Source of the DNA: Monocercomonoides exilis PA203
Lineage: Eukaryota; Protista; Preaxostyla
DNA: 64,000 nt
Reading direction: 5' to 3'
Assembly (NCBI GenBank): GCA_001643675.2
Contig: LSRY02000019.1
Location: 1,532,986-1,596,985 of the forward strand
A program made the position numbers and the translations under genes. This document shows, piece after piece, positions 27,045 to 41,748 of this stretch (the first letter of the stretch is position 1; each line of letters starts with the position of its first letter). The notes beneath the pieces are model-generated. The model searched no databases. It saw only the letters and a program-made list of their open reading frames with translations, and had not been told where the DNA came from.

Positions 27045-30000
27045 AGAGAGAGAGAGAGAAATGAAGTGCATTGATAACAAAAAGGGAACAAAGCAAACTT
27101 TTCTGTGAACTGGCTCTTCTGCTCTGCGCAGGGAGTCTTTGATCTGCTGAGCAATCATCTGCTCCTTCTGCACTGCCTTTTCCACGCGCAGTCTTTCTCT
27201 CCTGAGAAAGTCCTGCTCTTTCAGCAGCCTACGCACGCCCTCCAAATCGGCTGCCTCTGCTTTCTTCATCATTTTGAGCAGCTGGCCCTCCATCTGCTGC
27301 AGCATCTTCATCGACGAGTGTGTCGCTGTCACACTCGCCGCTGTGGCTGCTGCTGCTGACAGGGAAGACGAAGCACTTGAAGGTTGGGACGTGCTCGAGG
27401 AAGAGGAAGAGGAGGAAGAAGACGAAGACGACGACGAAGAAGAAGAGGAAGAGCCAGAAGAACCTGAAGAAGAAGAAGAAGGCTGATTGGCCATTGCTGC
27501 TGCCAGTGTCAGAGAATCCAGACAGCATTTGCGATATGCTGCGCCGATGATTGTGCGAAGCTGCCTGCAGCTTTCTGTGGCCTCGTCTAGTTGGAAGTTC
27601 TGGTTCCGCTGGAACATGAGCGAGTCGATCTTCTTCTGCTCTGCCTCGATGTCGCTCTCAAACTGCGCAATTTTCTCTTCGCTGTCAGCCAGCCGCTTCG
27701 ACAGGCTCTCCCGCAGCATACGCAGCTCCTGCAGCGACTTCTCCAGTCCGCCTTCCTGCTCCTGCTGGTTGGCCATCAGCATAAAGTTCTTCTCCTCAAT
27801 CTCCGAAAACAGCTGGTGCACAAGCCCCGGCTTCGAGAAGAAAGAATCCTGAAATCAATAAGCAGCAGTTTGGATGAAAATCGATGTTTTTTAAAAAAAA
27901 TTGAGTGAATGTTTTAAGTAATTTTCGGGCAGTTAACGACAATCAAACAAAATTAAATTAATGTTGTACCTCTTCTTTTTCCTCGTCTTCTCTTTCTTCT
28001 TCTGAGCTCTCCTGAAATGCTGTGACAGATTCCGCTTCTGCCTGCTTCTTTCTCTCTTCGTCGTATTTGTCTTCGAATTCGTCGATGTCTCCATCGTCCT
28101 TTCGGACATTGCCATCAGCTTTAAACATGCCATTCCCTTCCTCACCTTCTTCTTCTTCTTCTTCTTCTTGCTCCTCTTCCTCCTCGTCTGCTGAGTCATC
28201 TGGAACTTCAACTTCTTCCTCCACTTCAACCTCTTCCCACTCATCGTCATCTCCTTCTCCTTCACCCTCCCCTACTCCTTCTCCTTCTCCCTCTCCTTCC
28301 TTCTCTTTGTTAGCTCCACCCTGTTCATCTGTTTCTCCCGATTCAACATTTCTTTGCTGCTCTTCTTTCTCATCCGCTTCTCCCTTTCTCATTTCTTCGC
28401 TCCCTTCGTTTTCATTCAATTGTTCTGAATTGTTCCGTTTCCTTCTTCTAACTTTCTTGACAACCTGTAACATGGCCAGAATAACAAGAAATGCAATAAA
28501 GACACAATAATAATAATAAAATATCATGAAATCACTCAAATCCAAAGTGTAACAACAAACAGTTATTGTCTTCATTCTCCCTGCTTTCTCTGCTCTTTTT
28601 CGATTTCTTTCTTCTTCTCTTCTTCTCTTCTTCTCTTCTCTCTCTTCTTTTTTGCGCTCAGCTTCTTTTTCTTTCTCGACTGGATTGGATTTGCAAAAGA
28701 TGAAACAAAATGCAATTAAAAAAAATCAAAAAAAAGATTCAGTTACATTTGCAGAAGAAACACATTAACAAAAAAGTGAATGAAAAAGTTACAAAAAAAC
28801 AAGGTTTACTATACTTTCTCGTTGCATTTCGCGCTTCTTTTTCCAGTCAGGGGGCTCCAACGAGGCAAGGAAATCTTTTGCTTTTTGGCATTCAGTAATC
28901 TGTTGATAAGTCAAAACCAGAGAAAATTGGAATTAACCGATCAAAACATGTATTAAAGCAGAAACGTTGTTTTAACATAAAAGCAATGCAACAGTCTTAA
29001 AGAAAATTGCAATTGAAAAAATAATAGTTCACAATTTATTTTTGTTCTTTTTCCATTTTGTATCTTTCTCTTTCATATTTGATTTTCTTTTTCTTTATGT
29101 TTTTGCACATCCACACGTTTTCATCCAATTTCACAAGAACTGCTTCAAGTGATGCAATTTTTTGCTCGAGTCGATGAGCTTCTTGAGTCTTTGCCGCTCT
29201 GCGCTCACTTTCTCTATCTTTTCTAAAAAAGTGAAAATAGAAATAATTTATCAATGTTATGAAACGCAATTTAACATTTTACTCAAATACTAAGTAAGTA
29301 ACAATTAACCTTTCCACAGCATCAATAGCACGTTGATCCAAAGCATGTAAAAATTCCTCGAACTGTTGCTTTCCAAGCTCAATTTCTTCTTCTTGCCTCG
29401 TTAAATCCTTTTTCCATTCAAAAAAACAATACAAATTCACATAAGAACAAGAACAAACGTCGTTTTCTGCAATTCCAGAATAAATCAGGTGCTGCCGTTC
29501 GCTTTTGGCGATTTCCAATTTCAACTGAAGGTCAAACATCTCTCTTTCTCGAGAAAGAATTGTATCGATTTTCTCCTTTTTCGCTGCCCTCTCTGTAATC
29601 AAAAATATGTAGCAAACACAAGAGTTAAATTGTTTCGACAATTTTTTATTGGAAAAATACTTAACAATTCCTGATCATCTGAACGTGAAAAAATTGAACG
29701 AGTTTTGATAGTTTCTTTGGGTGTGGCTTCTTCTCCAAGCAAATCTCTGAGCGTACTCCTCTTTTTCATTTCCGCCTTTTGTACAACCGTCATATGTTTT
29801 AATTGTTCCCTTTGCTAAAAACAATACAAAATAACTGCAAATAATAGCAAATAATAACTAATACTTCTTTCTTTGCTGCCCTTTCCTTATTAATTGCAAC
29901 AAAAAGTTTATGATCTGGTGGCATTCGAAAAGGATTTTCCTCAACATTTATGGACAATGAAGAAGCTGGAATATTCAAAATAAAATAAAATGATATAAAA

Positions 30001-30094
30001 AACTTAATTTTCAAGAAATTTCCTGAATTAATAGCACCATACGTCTACTGGCTTGCGCTTTTGAACGAGCTGATAAATGTGAAGTTGTATTCAT
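26883..30094 (-). CDS. CFAP100: Cilia/flagella-associated coiled-coil protein, CFAP100/CCDC38 family (DUF4200), multi-exon
   Basis: Exons encode EENPFRMPPD, ILSREREMFDLQLKLE..QQFEEFL, FSKPGLVHQLFSEIEEKNFMLM and C-terminal GRPVVNRSIP...DAEFFTE. Confidence 0.7.
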
Positions 30095-30740
30095 AAAGAA
30101 AAAAGATAATAATAAATCTGAAATTTCGAATACTGGGTTTCTTTAACGTTCACATATTTATCAAAGTTAATTCGTGTGATTGACAAACAAATGAATTTTT
30201 TTATTGGAATAATAATAAAATATTCAGTGTTTTCGTAATTCATATTTATTCAAAACAATAAAACTAATTTTTTCCAAACAAAAGACACAAACAATTTGAA
30301 CCAACATCAAGCAGATTACAAAAACATTGTTATGCATAGGTATAATAGATCTGACAATTATTGTTTTTTGCATGTGGAAAGAAATTTTTTGTTGAATGAA
30401 TTTTGTTCCGCACAATATTTTCTTAATTATTTTTCCATGAGAATGCAAGAGTTATCATGAAACAAAAGCGGAAAAAGATTGGAAAAAATGGTTGGCTTTT
30501 CAATTATTAACAAGAATTTTTCCCCAAATGTTCTCATCTTTTCCGCTCAACTCTTCTATTTCCATTTGACGTGAAGCCATTTTCTACATTCACCCACTTG
30601 TGCTTCTGACCACATTGCTTCCATCAACAGCTGTTTCTTCCTTTCAGAAAAGCAGTTTGCATTCAAACGACTGACATTCAGTATTATCAACACTTCCAAA
30701 AAATTCTTCATTCACACTGAAAAAGAGAGCCCACAGGCTT

Positions 30741-30774
<34 letters not shown>

Positions 30775-31231
30775 TTTTTTTAATTTTTATTTTTATTTTT
30801 AGAGAAATCAAAGTTGACCAACAATTTCTTGAAGAATGGAAAAATTATGGAATATGAAAGGAAAATAACAAAAAGATGATGATAATGAAAATGTTGATAA
30901 AAATATATATGCAGATGAAGAGCCTGCCAAAAGACAACTTTCCAAGCAAGCAATTCAAAGATCACATTTTGAAAGATGAAACAAAACACAAAAATACTCG
31001 AAAAATCATAAAGAGAGGACTTGATGGTTTTTTATTAAATTAATTATATCAATATTTTTTACCAAAACATGATTGCATAAAAAAATGATTTTTTTAAATG
31101 TTGAATCAAAATAAAAAGTTCGGGTTTCTAAATCACCCAAAAAGAAAAAAGGAACTTTCGAATTTCACCAACAAATAACATTAACATTCAATAAACAAGA
31201 ATCCACGATTTTTGCATTTTTAAACTCTATA

Positions 31232-34200
31232 TTATTCAAAGAATTCTTCAAAAAACTGTGATCGAGGATAATCAACGCAACAATTGGAGTATAATTCTGA
31301 ATTGAAGATCAGAGAATTATGCCGATTCGCCAATTTGCCATTAAGAAATTCACATCCTTTCAATGCAACAATTGCATCATTCAAGCCGACTTCTTCTCCA
31401 TTCTTGAGAATTGTCAAATGATAATCGAGCATTCCCATAGCCTTCAAAAGTTCAACATAAACATTGTGAGCCAAAACATTGGATGTAGAATCCATCATCA
31501 CATTTATTATCAACTCAATAAAATGAGGAGGTACAAAATATTCATCTCTAATAAGATGTCTCTCGCAACAAGGGATAATGTTGCAGAATAACAAGTGGGA
31601 AGTACAAGAATACCAAGAGTAGTTTCTTAGAACAGTTGGAAGCAGCATTCCCTCTTTCAGAAGTGCAACAGTTGCGTCTGTTGCTGTATTAAATCCTCTG
31701 TTCATCAGGAACTGGAAACACAACATTGAATACATGTTGCACAATTCAGTATTTAGTTTCATTCTCAGAGGATACAGATTCACCAGAATCTGAGATATGA
31801 TTGTGCAGAGCTCTTTATCACTCTCAACGAATTTTAATACACCTTGAAGCAGAAAGAAATAAGATCTTGTAACTGTGTGTGGCTGAGTTTCTGGGTCGAA
31901 ACTTTGGAGAAATAAATACAAGAGCTCTGTTGATGGGCCAAACACTTGCATTTGAGCCATATGAATATCACCTTTTTGAACACCTCTGGGCTCTTTTTTA
32001 TCAAACATTATAACTGATTTAAAATTTAAGATTATAAATTATCAATTGAAAAAAAAAAAGGAGCAATAAAGTATAATTTAGATAAAAATTAAAAATTCAA
32101 ATATCATTATAAAGAATTCAGGAAAATGAAAAAAGAAATCAATAAGTTGATGAATATTGCAAAAAACATTGGATTTTATCACATGCAAGTTTTGCAATTG
32201 CAAATATCATATCGCATACATATCATTAATCATAATCATAAAAAATTTTCATTTCTCTTATTAAAAAATATATTTCAAATCCACACCTTTATCCATCATG
32301 CAAGCAAATGCAGCAACATTTAACACAAACAGCTCTATATCACCTTTTTCTCTTGCATTTACACAATTGCTTATCCACGAACGTATCAAAGATCCGTTTC
32401 TTTCACACAAAGCGTTGAAATCAGTGCACAACATTTCTGCGCAGACACAATCGTGACTTTTGATATCTTCTTCAAAGAAACCTATCTCAGACAGCATTTT
32501 AACGTTGCTGTTTTTTATAATTTTGTAGCGACAATACAGCCCATCATATAAAAATACTCTGAGTATGTGGCAAACAGAGTCAACTAGCTCCTTTTTACTT
32601 GCACTTGAGAGTAACGCCATTTTGGAGATTGAAGAGAACGAGAAAAGCCTCAATTTGCTCAAAAAAGAAGTCGCCTCCAAATAATCAATCAAGTCCCGAT
32701 CATCAGCTGCAACGTTGATCATTGCAGAAATCGCATTGATATTTTCACAGCATGCTGAAACATTACCTGTAATTCCTCCCTTCAGCCATTCAATTATCTT
32801 TCTCAAATAAGGTTCAGCTACGACAATCTCTCTGAGTCCAGGAACAGAATTCAGTAATTTTTTGAGAACGGAACTGAACCCATCTGCATGCGCCTTCTGC
32901 AGCCAATCCAAAATACCAATCACAACACCATTGCACTTTGCTTTCTCACTTGGCACTGTCTTTGCAACAGCTATTACGAGCTCAATGACTTTTCTTTGTC
33001 CTGCCATATTTCCTGCACCAATATCTTCGCTCATATTCTTCGCAATATCGATTAATACACTGCAAGTATTCGCTGTTATTCCCTTCACAGAGCGCAGAAG
33101 AAACAGCCTCCGCACTTTCTTGTTTGCATTGTTACTCTTCTCTTTCTTCAGCAACGCAATTGTCCCTTTCATGATCTCGTCAAATAGTCTGCCTTCCATA
33201 CGGCTTATCTCATTCTCCTTTTTCACTCCAACCCATTCAACGAACATGTGCAATCCTCTCTTCTTCACCACTTCTTTCCCCACTTCAGAACGATTGCTGC
33301 TTTTCAGCATTGCATTAATCACACCAAATGAGCAAAGCATTACATCATCATTAATGTTCTTATTTGCCAATTCACTTGAGATCGCTTTCACTTCATTCTC
33401 CACTCCGAAATGGCTGACCAGCTTTGCATCTATTTTCATCATTTCCCCAATTAGAGATAACATCACTGAAAATGCTTTTCGTTGAATGCTCTTCTTCATG
33501 CATTTCAGTTTTTCATTTCTTTCACTTTTAACTTTCGGTTCTTTTTCTGAACAGTTTACTTTTTCGTCCCTTTCCTCATCTTTTGCATCTTCTTGATTGC
33601 CCTTCAATTCATTCTTCAGTTCGTCTAACAAATCAAATATTGCCTTTGTCAAGCCAACTTGTTCCATATTTGCCATTTGTTTGTCATCAAATTGCAATAA
33701 CTCCTTCAAAATATCAGCAATTTCAATTATTAATTTCATCTCAGAAACACCAATCATGTTTCTTGCTTCATTCTCAAGTGAGTCTAGCATTATGTCTACC
33801 CCATTCATATCACTTGAAGGCAAACAACTTTGATCCTTTTGGTTGTCTTTTGCAGGTCCAACGAATAATTTTCCAGAAAGAATGACATCACAGCAATTCT
33901 TGCAAAGATTCAAAAATCCGCATTCATTCAAAAGCTTCAAAAAACATGAAAGGCACTTTTCACCAGACAATGGCTGATTAGTTGATGAAACATTTGACAT
34001 TTGCAATTGAGATGAAGAAGATGACGATGAAGAAGATGCATTTGAAGGGGTTTCCAAAAGAATGATTACAGGAATGTTTGACTGCTCGTAGCTTTCAACG
34101 CTTGTTTGCTGACTGTTCCGAAGAATAAGATTATCAGCAGCAGTAGAAGTAGAGGAAGAAGAAGCAGACTGTTCCAAGTGATGTTTCGTGCCACATTCAT

Positions 34201-36975
34201 CAGCATTTCGTTTTTTAAGAAGTTGAACAAGATTCTTCGCCAACAATAAGCACTTTGCCATCACACAGGAATCTTCTTTCACATTCATTTCTTTCAATGC
34301 TTTAATAAATCCTCCAATCCAATCAAGTTCATTCTCGTGTTGTTGAGCTGTTTCTAGGCAAAGTTCAGAGCATTGGAACAGAAACACAACAAGATTAATA
34401 GTTGTTAAAGCAAATCAAAAATGAAAAATAAACGAAAGAATGGGGAAAAAAAAGGAATAGAAGATTGAACAAATTAAAAACACGTAGCTTTTAAAAGACA
34501 TTTGAAGAGAGATTTACAAACCTTGTGCCAGTACTGCATTTTCAACAACTCCAACCATTAGTTCCTCAAATCTTCTGTTTTCGTTTCTTTTCAGCATCTT
34601 GTTAAACTGCTCCAACACATAACTGCACTCATCTTTCTGTTTGATCCATTCCAGTGCTGAAAATAGAATCTCATTGCACATCTCCAGCGGTGATAGCAGA
34701 AAATTGTCAGCACACAATCTAAAAGATACAGATGCACTCAACGAAGAGAACAATGTCTTTGAAAAGGAGCAGTTTGACTTGAATTCTGATGGAAGCAAAG
34801 GAGGAAATGGCAAAGAAGGAGAGACGGGTGGAGGGACTGCTGATTGAACTTGAGACAATGAAGGCAATGCTTGTGAATCAATTGAAGAGGATGAAGGAAA
34901 AAGCGAGAACACAGAAGAAGAGGAGGAGGATGATGATGAAAATGATGAAAATGAGGATTGTGCATCTTTTTCATTTGTGATTTTCCTTTCATCTGACTTT
35001 TCTTTCGTTGAGTCGGCATCTTTCATCTCTGAATATTCCATTTCAGTTTTCTCGTTTTTTTCTTTCATATTTTCTGTCTCTTCGATTTCTGTCTCTTTTT
35101 CTATGAATGCTCTGACAGCAGAAAATCCATTTGCATCCAAAAAAATCTGCAAAAGCCGCTTTTTCTCCTTTTGAAGCTCTTCAATCGTCTTCTTTCGATA
35201 TTTGCTAAATGCACATTTCTTTCTCTCTCCTTCTTCATCAGCCCATTTGTCTTCCTCCATCCCACATTCAACATCATCATTTTTCTTTTCTTCATCCAAC
35301 AGCTCGGTAACAGCACCACCACACAGAATTCTATGAAGCGTCTGTAGTGCTCTCACTTTCAATTCATTTTCTGAGCATTCAACACACTTCATAAGCAGCT
35401 TTATGTGAAGAATTGTCACAATGCGCCCTTCATTCGCTGAGTCTTCTGCTTCTTCTGGTTTCGTTTCATCTTTGCCTTCTGCTGCAACATCAGCTTTCAT
35501 ATCATCTGCATTTGAGATTTCTTCTGTAAATTCATGCGCTTTATTCAGATCAGCCATTATCGCTCTCTGTGGAGGTGACAGAGGAGGTGAATTTCTTTTT
35601 GAGCCAAAAGAAGAAGTTGGGAGAGTCATCGGCGGAGTGAATGGAGATGCCAGTGGAGGTGATGCTGGTGGAGTCATTGGAGGAGTCATTGGATGGGTGG
35701 CAGGAGGAGAAGGACCTTTCTTGTTCTTTGGCTTCGATGATTTGCCTTTGTTCCTTTTTGGCTTTGAGACAACTTTATTTGACGGCGGAGGCGTTTGCGA
35801 TCTGCCAATAGTTCTTTTATCCTTCACATTTTCTTCCAAATGTTCTGCAGTTCCGAAATCTTCATTTCGCATCTCAAATAGTTTCTCTTCCTGTTTTCTT
35901 TTCTTCACAACGGCAATCTCGTTTTTGCATTGCAACTCTGCGATTCCATCAACCAGAGACAATAACACCTGCTTCAGACGAATCCTGCTGCTCTCTTTTA
36001 ACAAGTCAGCCTTCTCAATTTCTTTCAAAAGCAATTTTCCCAATTCGCTCCCTATAATCATCTCTCTGCACACTCCAGATTTCTCGCTCAGCATCACTTC
36101 CATCGCAGATGACAGAGGCAGAGCATACAGCTCTGAAAGACCATTTTTCTCAATGAGCAAAGCCATTCCTTCAACAATGTCGTTACCTTTTCGACACAAA
36201 AATCGGTCATTCTTAGCTATCAGTTGGTAAATAATATTTATTGCTCTTTTAATAATCTCATCATTGTCTGATAGTCTTCAAAAATAATAATCACAAAGTG
36301 ACATTGAAAAAATCATAAACGAATTAAAAAAATCACGAATAATTTACAAACCTGCATATCCTTAAGCCAATAGATAACGCATAACTTAGACATTCAAAAA
36401 CTCCTTGATCATTTCCTTTTTGGATTGAATTCACTTTGGCAAAGGAAAAAAGAAAAAATTTCAGAAAAAAGAAACTCATCGTTCAAAATTGAAACAAAAA
36501 ACTAACAAACATGCTAATTCAATAGATTTTTCTGCATTTATCAAAACTTTCATTTCGTGTCTTCCAAGTATCAAGTCATAACACTTTAACACTTTCACAA
36601 AACATTCCACTTCACTTGCTTCGCAAGCAACTTCAAAAAGCAAAGATGACATCTCCAAGCAAACGTGCTTATCTTCTGACCATTCGCCTGCCAGATGTTC
36701 AAGTTTTTCAAATAAATCCTCTGCACCAGCATTCCCTTCTTTAAGTTGTTTTATTATTGCATAACTCAAATTTTAAAAAATACGAGACATCATAAAGCAA
36801 AAAAAATTCTGATTTTACCACTTCAAACCTCATCACATGTAACATTTTGATAACCTCATCCGCATCTTTTAGAGACTTAAAATAGAAATAATAATACTCT
36901 CAAAAAGCAAATAAAATACAAGTCTAAACACACTTCAATCTTCTCACAAAAATTCTCATCAAAATTTATATTCAT
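31232..36975 (-). CDS. Large multi-exon hypothetical protein, predicted alpha-helical/ARM-like
   Basis: Co-oriented long ORFs 36476-36769, 34514-36199, 32261-34387 and 31232-32008, separated by AT-rich intron-like gaps. Probable ATG at 36975. Confidence 0.7.
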
Positions 36976-37251
36976 TACCGAGAAATTATCATGAATCGTT
37001 TTTAATTTAGCCCAAATCTCGTAATTAATTATCAAATGATTTATTCAATATTATTATGGTATATATGATCAGAGATTATCTTTCTTTTTGTTTCTTCATT
37101 ATTACAAATATCAAAGCTTCCCGATGGGCATAACGAATATACAAAAAATAAATATACAACAGCATTTTCGAAACAGAGAATTATAAATTACACAAAGTTA
37201 CTGACATAATAATCTTTTTTTATAAATGTTGGAAAAATACACCAGTTGCAA

Positions 37252-37979
37252 TTAATTCGCGAAAATCCGGGGAAATCTATCCGGTACATCGAACGTATTT
37301 TCTCTATATTTTGGATATCTCTTGGAATCTGAAGGTGAAGGTGTTGATGATTGATTGGAGATATCTAAATCCAGCACACACAATCTTGGATCATTCGGAA
37401 AAACGATCTCCGTGATGCATCTTAACATGTTTTTGGTTATGTCATCGTAAGGATAGAACCCCATGATGTATCCACCTCTGAGAACGCAGGGAAGCCAAAA
37501 GCGATCATCTTCGCACATGGATTCAAATGGTATTTTGGAAACCGAAAACCGCTCGGGTTTCATCTCTTCACTTTCCACGATTTCTTCAACGTTGTAAGTT
37601 GTTGAATGAATATGCACTTCAAAGAACAAAGAGAGCTTTTCTGCACTTTTGAACTCAAACATTATTATCTCTCGCTTTTGAAGGTCAATTTCATTCTTTT
37701 TGATGCCCGACTCTTCAGCAAGTTCGTGAACTGCTGCTTGAACAATAGTTTCGCCTGCTTGCAATTTACCTTTAACAAAATTATTGCGCAGATCATCACA
37801 TTAAAAAATTCGAAACAAAGATTATTGGTTTTCAAACCTCAAAATCCATTCCAAAATTCTTTTCCAAAGCCTCTCTTCTTCAACCCAAGCAACACTTACG
37901 AACAATCATCTTTGAACACAAACGCTAGAGTTGAAGCCAAAGGCTTTGAAACTCCAAAATGCGAATTTTCAGTTTGCAT
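37252..37979 (-). pseudogene. NUDT1: NUDT1/MTH1-like 8-oxo-dGTPase (Nudix) pseudogene
   Basis: Reads [40 protein letters not shown] and ESEEMKP..IPFESMCEDDRFWLP. In-frame TAA at 37896-37898 and TGA at 37839-37841 (replacing a conserved Gly). Nudix RE changed to HE. Confidence 0.8.
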
Positions 37980-38289
37980 TATTTTTTTTTTATTATTTTT
38001 AATTATTATTAATATATGCCACTGAAAGATAGTTTAAGCTCATTATTATTCGATTTGCATGAGAATAAAACTGGCATTTTGCATCGGGCAAATCATATAT
38101 TTAAAGGAAAGCGAATAATCTGATGTTTTTAATTGAGACATCCACCACCGACATTCCGTAAAGGCAACTTATCATTCTCCAATGGATACTTTTGGCAAAC
38201 AATATTTCAGAAATTGCTTTCCAAGAAAGATTTTGAAATATTGAATAGCAACCCATTGAACAGATATTCGATCGATTACTCATTTGCAA

Positions 38290-39490
38290 CCATTCAAATA
38301 GGGAAACAAGCTCGATTAACTCCGAAACCAAAAGAATAAAAGACGTTATCAGGGACTATCAGTGCAAAAACGTTGCACCTCAAGCAACAGAAAACATTAA
38401 GTGAAAAGGGAGAAATTGTTACATCAAAAAATCTGAATATAGGAGATCTTCTTTCGTGAAAGACTCATTACACTTTCACATGAGGGAAGATGCACTAAAT
38501 GGACTTTTAGAGCTGGTCAAAACATATGGCGATGATCCATTCTTTTTCTGACTTGTTCGATTTCGTGAATTATCAAAGAATCGATGATAAAAGTTGTTTG
38601 ACGAAGAACCAACAGTCATGGATGCATTTAGCAAATTGATTCAAACAATCACACAAACATCGATTGTGCAGTCAAGAGTCTCGATGGAACAAGACAGATT
38701 CTCACCAGTGAAAACATCTCAGCGAAGCTTATTATTGCCTCATCTTCCTCTTCTTCGCACAGCACTGCTGACTGGCATTTCCCACATTTGTCCAGCAGTG
38801 CGGCGTTTGTCATTGAATCTCCTCTCCTTTTTCTTCCAGAGTTCAGTTCCATTTTTGGGAAAGATAACATTTGGACAGCAGACAGAAAGCAGCTCTTCGA
38901 GGAGATTATTCAACACTCTCTCCTCGTTCATCCAGCATTTTGATGAGAATTCATTGCTGAGTAAAGACCTCATACAATCCTTTGTACGTTCATTTGATCC
39001 TTTTGATTCAGTCAAACAGATTTCTCTTCTTCCAATCTCGAATGCAAGAACGGTAAAAATGTCTTTTTCATCTTCTCATTTCGATGTTCTTGTTGCTATA
39101 ATTGGTCTTCTTTCTCTATAGGTTGCTTCAAAGCTTCTTTCCACAGTTGCTTTGATGTTGTCATCATCATCCTCTTCTCCTTCGTCCTCTTCTTCTTCTT
39201 CTTCTTCGTTATTTTCACTCCTCTCTCGCCTATGTCCAACACTGCCCCAAGTGTGTGCTATTCTCTCCAAAGGAAGCTATTTCCCCTCTCCGCCACTGCA
39301 GCCACTGATCTACTCCTTTTCTGGTCTGTCGTCAGCCAAGTCGTATCAGGGCGGGCGATCAGCTGCTGCCCGCGGGATGTTCTCATTTGCTCTCCGGGCA
39401 GCACGCACAACACTCAAAAATTCGTTTTTTTCTGCGTTTTCTTTTGGGAGTTGGATGGAAGGCTCGCGAGAAATACCTACGGAATAAGAA
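38290..39490 (+). pseudogene. IPI1/TEX10-like (Rix1 complex) pseudogene, N-terminal part
   Basis: Reads SAKTLHLKQQK..TSKNLNIGDLLS*KTHY..(frameshift)REDALNGLLELV..LFDEEPTV..LLPHLPLLRTALLTGISHICPAVRRLSLNLL. Contains stops and frameshifts. Confidence 0.6.
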
Positions 39491-39689
39491 GAAGAAGAAG
39501 AAGAAGAAGAATGCAGAACAACAAAGAATCCTGTAATAGTATCAAATACAATTGAATGTACATCAACCATTCGGCATTTAAACAATACAGAACACGAAAA
39601 TAACAAATCTGATAAATATTTGCAGAAAGATGAAAGAAAAAAGGAATTAGCAGTAAATTCATTGAAAAAAACATTTATTCAGGTTTTAT

Positions 39690-40594
39690 CACCTCCTTCT
39701 TATCCTCCTCCTACTCCTCCTCCTTCTTCTTCTACTTCTTCTTCTTCTTCACCTTCTTCTTCTTCTTCTTCTTCTTCTTCTTCTTCCTCATCTTCCTCTT
39801 CTTCCTCTTCTTCCTCTTCTTCCTCTTCTTACTCTTCTTCCTCTTCCTCTTCTTCCTCTTCTTCCTCTTCTTCCTCTTCTTCCTCTTCTTCCTCTTCTTC
39901 CTCTTCTTCCTCTTCTTCCTCTTCTTCCTCTTCTTCCTCTTCTTCCTCTTCTTCCTCTTCTTCCTCTTCTTCCTCTTCTTCCTCTTCTTCCTCTTCTTCC
40001 TCTTCTTCCTCTTCTTCCTCTTCTTCCTCTTCTTCCTCTTCTTCCTCTTCTTCCTCTTCTTCCTCTTCTTCCTCTTCTTCCTCTTCTTCCTCTTCTTCCT
40101 CTTCTTCCTCATCTTCCTCTTCTTCCTCTTCTTCCTCTTCTTCCTCTTCTTACTCTTCTTACTCTTCCTCTTCTTCCTCTTCTTCCTCTTCTTCCTCTTC
40201 TTCCTCTTCTTCCTCTTCTTCCTCTTCTTCCTCTTCTTCCTCTTCTTCCTCTTCTTCCTCTTCTTCCTCTTCTTCCTCTTCTTCCTCTTCTTCCTCTTCT
40301 TCCTCTTCTTCCTCTTCTTCCTCTTCTTCCTCTTCTTCCTCTTCTTCCTCTTCTTCCTCTTCTTACTCTTCCTCTTCTTCCTCTTCTTCCTCTTCTTCCT
40401 CTTCTTCCTCTTCTTCCTCTTCTTCCTCTTCTTACTCTTCTTACTCTTCCTCTTCTTCCTCTTCTTCCTCTTCTTCCTCTTCTTCCTCTTCTTCCTCTTC
40501 TTCCTCTTCTTCCTCTTCTTCCTCTTCTTCCTCTTCTTCCTCTTCTTCCTCTTCTTCCTCTTCTTCCTCTTCTTCCTCTTCTTCCTCTTCTTCC

Positions 40595-40629
<35 letters not shown>

Positions 40630-41383
40630 CTCATCTTCCTCTTCTTCCTCTTCTTCCTCTTCTTCCTCTTCTTACTCTTCTTACTCTTCCTCTTCTTCCT
40701 CTTCTTCCTCTTCTTCCTCTTCTTCCTCTTCTTCCTCTTCTTCCTCTTCTTCCTCTTCTTCCTCTTCTTCCTCTTCTTCCTCTTCTTCCTCTTCTTCCTC
40801 TTCTTCCTCTTCTTCCTCTTCTTCCTCTTCTTCCTCTTCTTCCTCTTCTTCCTCTTCTTCCTCTTCTTCCTCTTCTTCCTCTTCTTCCTCTTCTTCCTCT
40901 TCTTCCTCTTCTTCCTCTTCTTCCTCTTCTTCCTCTTCTTCCTCTTCTTCCTCTTCTTCCTCTTCTTCCTCTTCTTCCTCTTCTTCCTCATCTTCCTCTT
41001 CTTCCTCTTCTTACTCTTCTTCCTCTTCTTCCTCTTCTTCCTCTTCTTCCTCTTCTTCCTTTTCTTCCTCTTCTTCCTCATCTTCCTCTTCTTTTTCTTC
41101 TTCTTCTTATTCTTCTTCTTCCTCTTCTTACTCTTCCTCTTCTTACTCTTCTTCTTCTTCTACTACTACTACTTCTTCTTCCTCTTCCTCTTCTTCCTCT
41201 TCTTCCTCTTCTTCCTCTTCTTCCTCTTCTTCCTCTTCTTCCTCTTCTTCCTCTTCTTCCTCTTCTTCCTCTTCTTCCTCTTCTTACTCTTCCTCTTCTT
41301 CCTCTTCTTCCTCATCTTCCTCTTCTTCCTCTTCTTCCTCTTCTTCCTCTTCTTCCTCTTCTTCCTCTTCTTCCTCTTCTTCC

Positions 41384-41418
<35 letters not shown>

Positions 41419-41716
41419 TTCTTCCTCTTCTTCCTCTTCTTCCTCTTCTTCCTCTTCTTCCTCTTCTTCCTCTTCTTCCTCTTCTTACTCTTCCTCTTCT
41501 TCCTCTTCTTCCTCATCTTCCTCTTCTTCCTCTTCTTACTCTTCCTCTTCTTCCTCTTCTTCCTCTTCTTCCTCTTCTTCCTTTTCTTCCTCTTCTTCCT
41601 CATCTTCCTCTTCTTCCTCTTCTTTTTCTTCTTCCTCATCTTCCCCTTCTTCCTCTTCTTCCTCTTATTCCTCTTCTTTTTCTTCTTCTTCTTATTCTTC
41701 TTCTTCCTCTTCTTAC

Positions 41717-41748
<32 letters not shown>

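Noticed and set aside
37839-37898. In-frame TAA/TGA as evidence of a variant genetic code (TAR=Gln occurs in some oxymonads)
   Set aside because: The TGA replaces a conserved Gly, the neighbouring gene also has frameshifts, and long intact genes here have no internal stops and end in TAA, TAG or TGA. Pseudogenisation explains it better.
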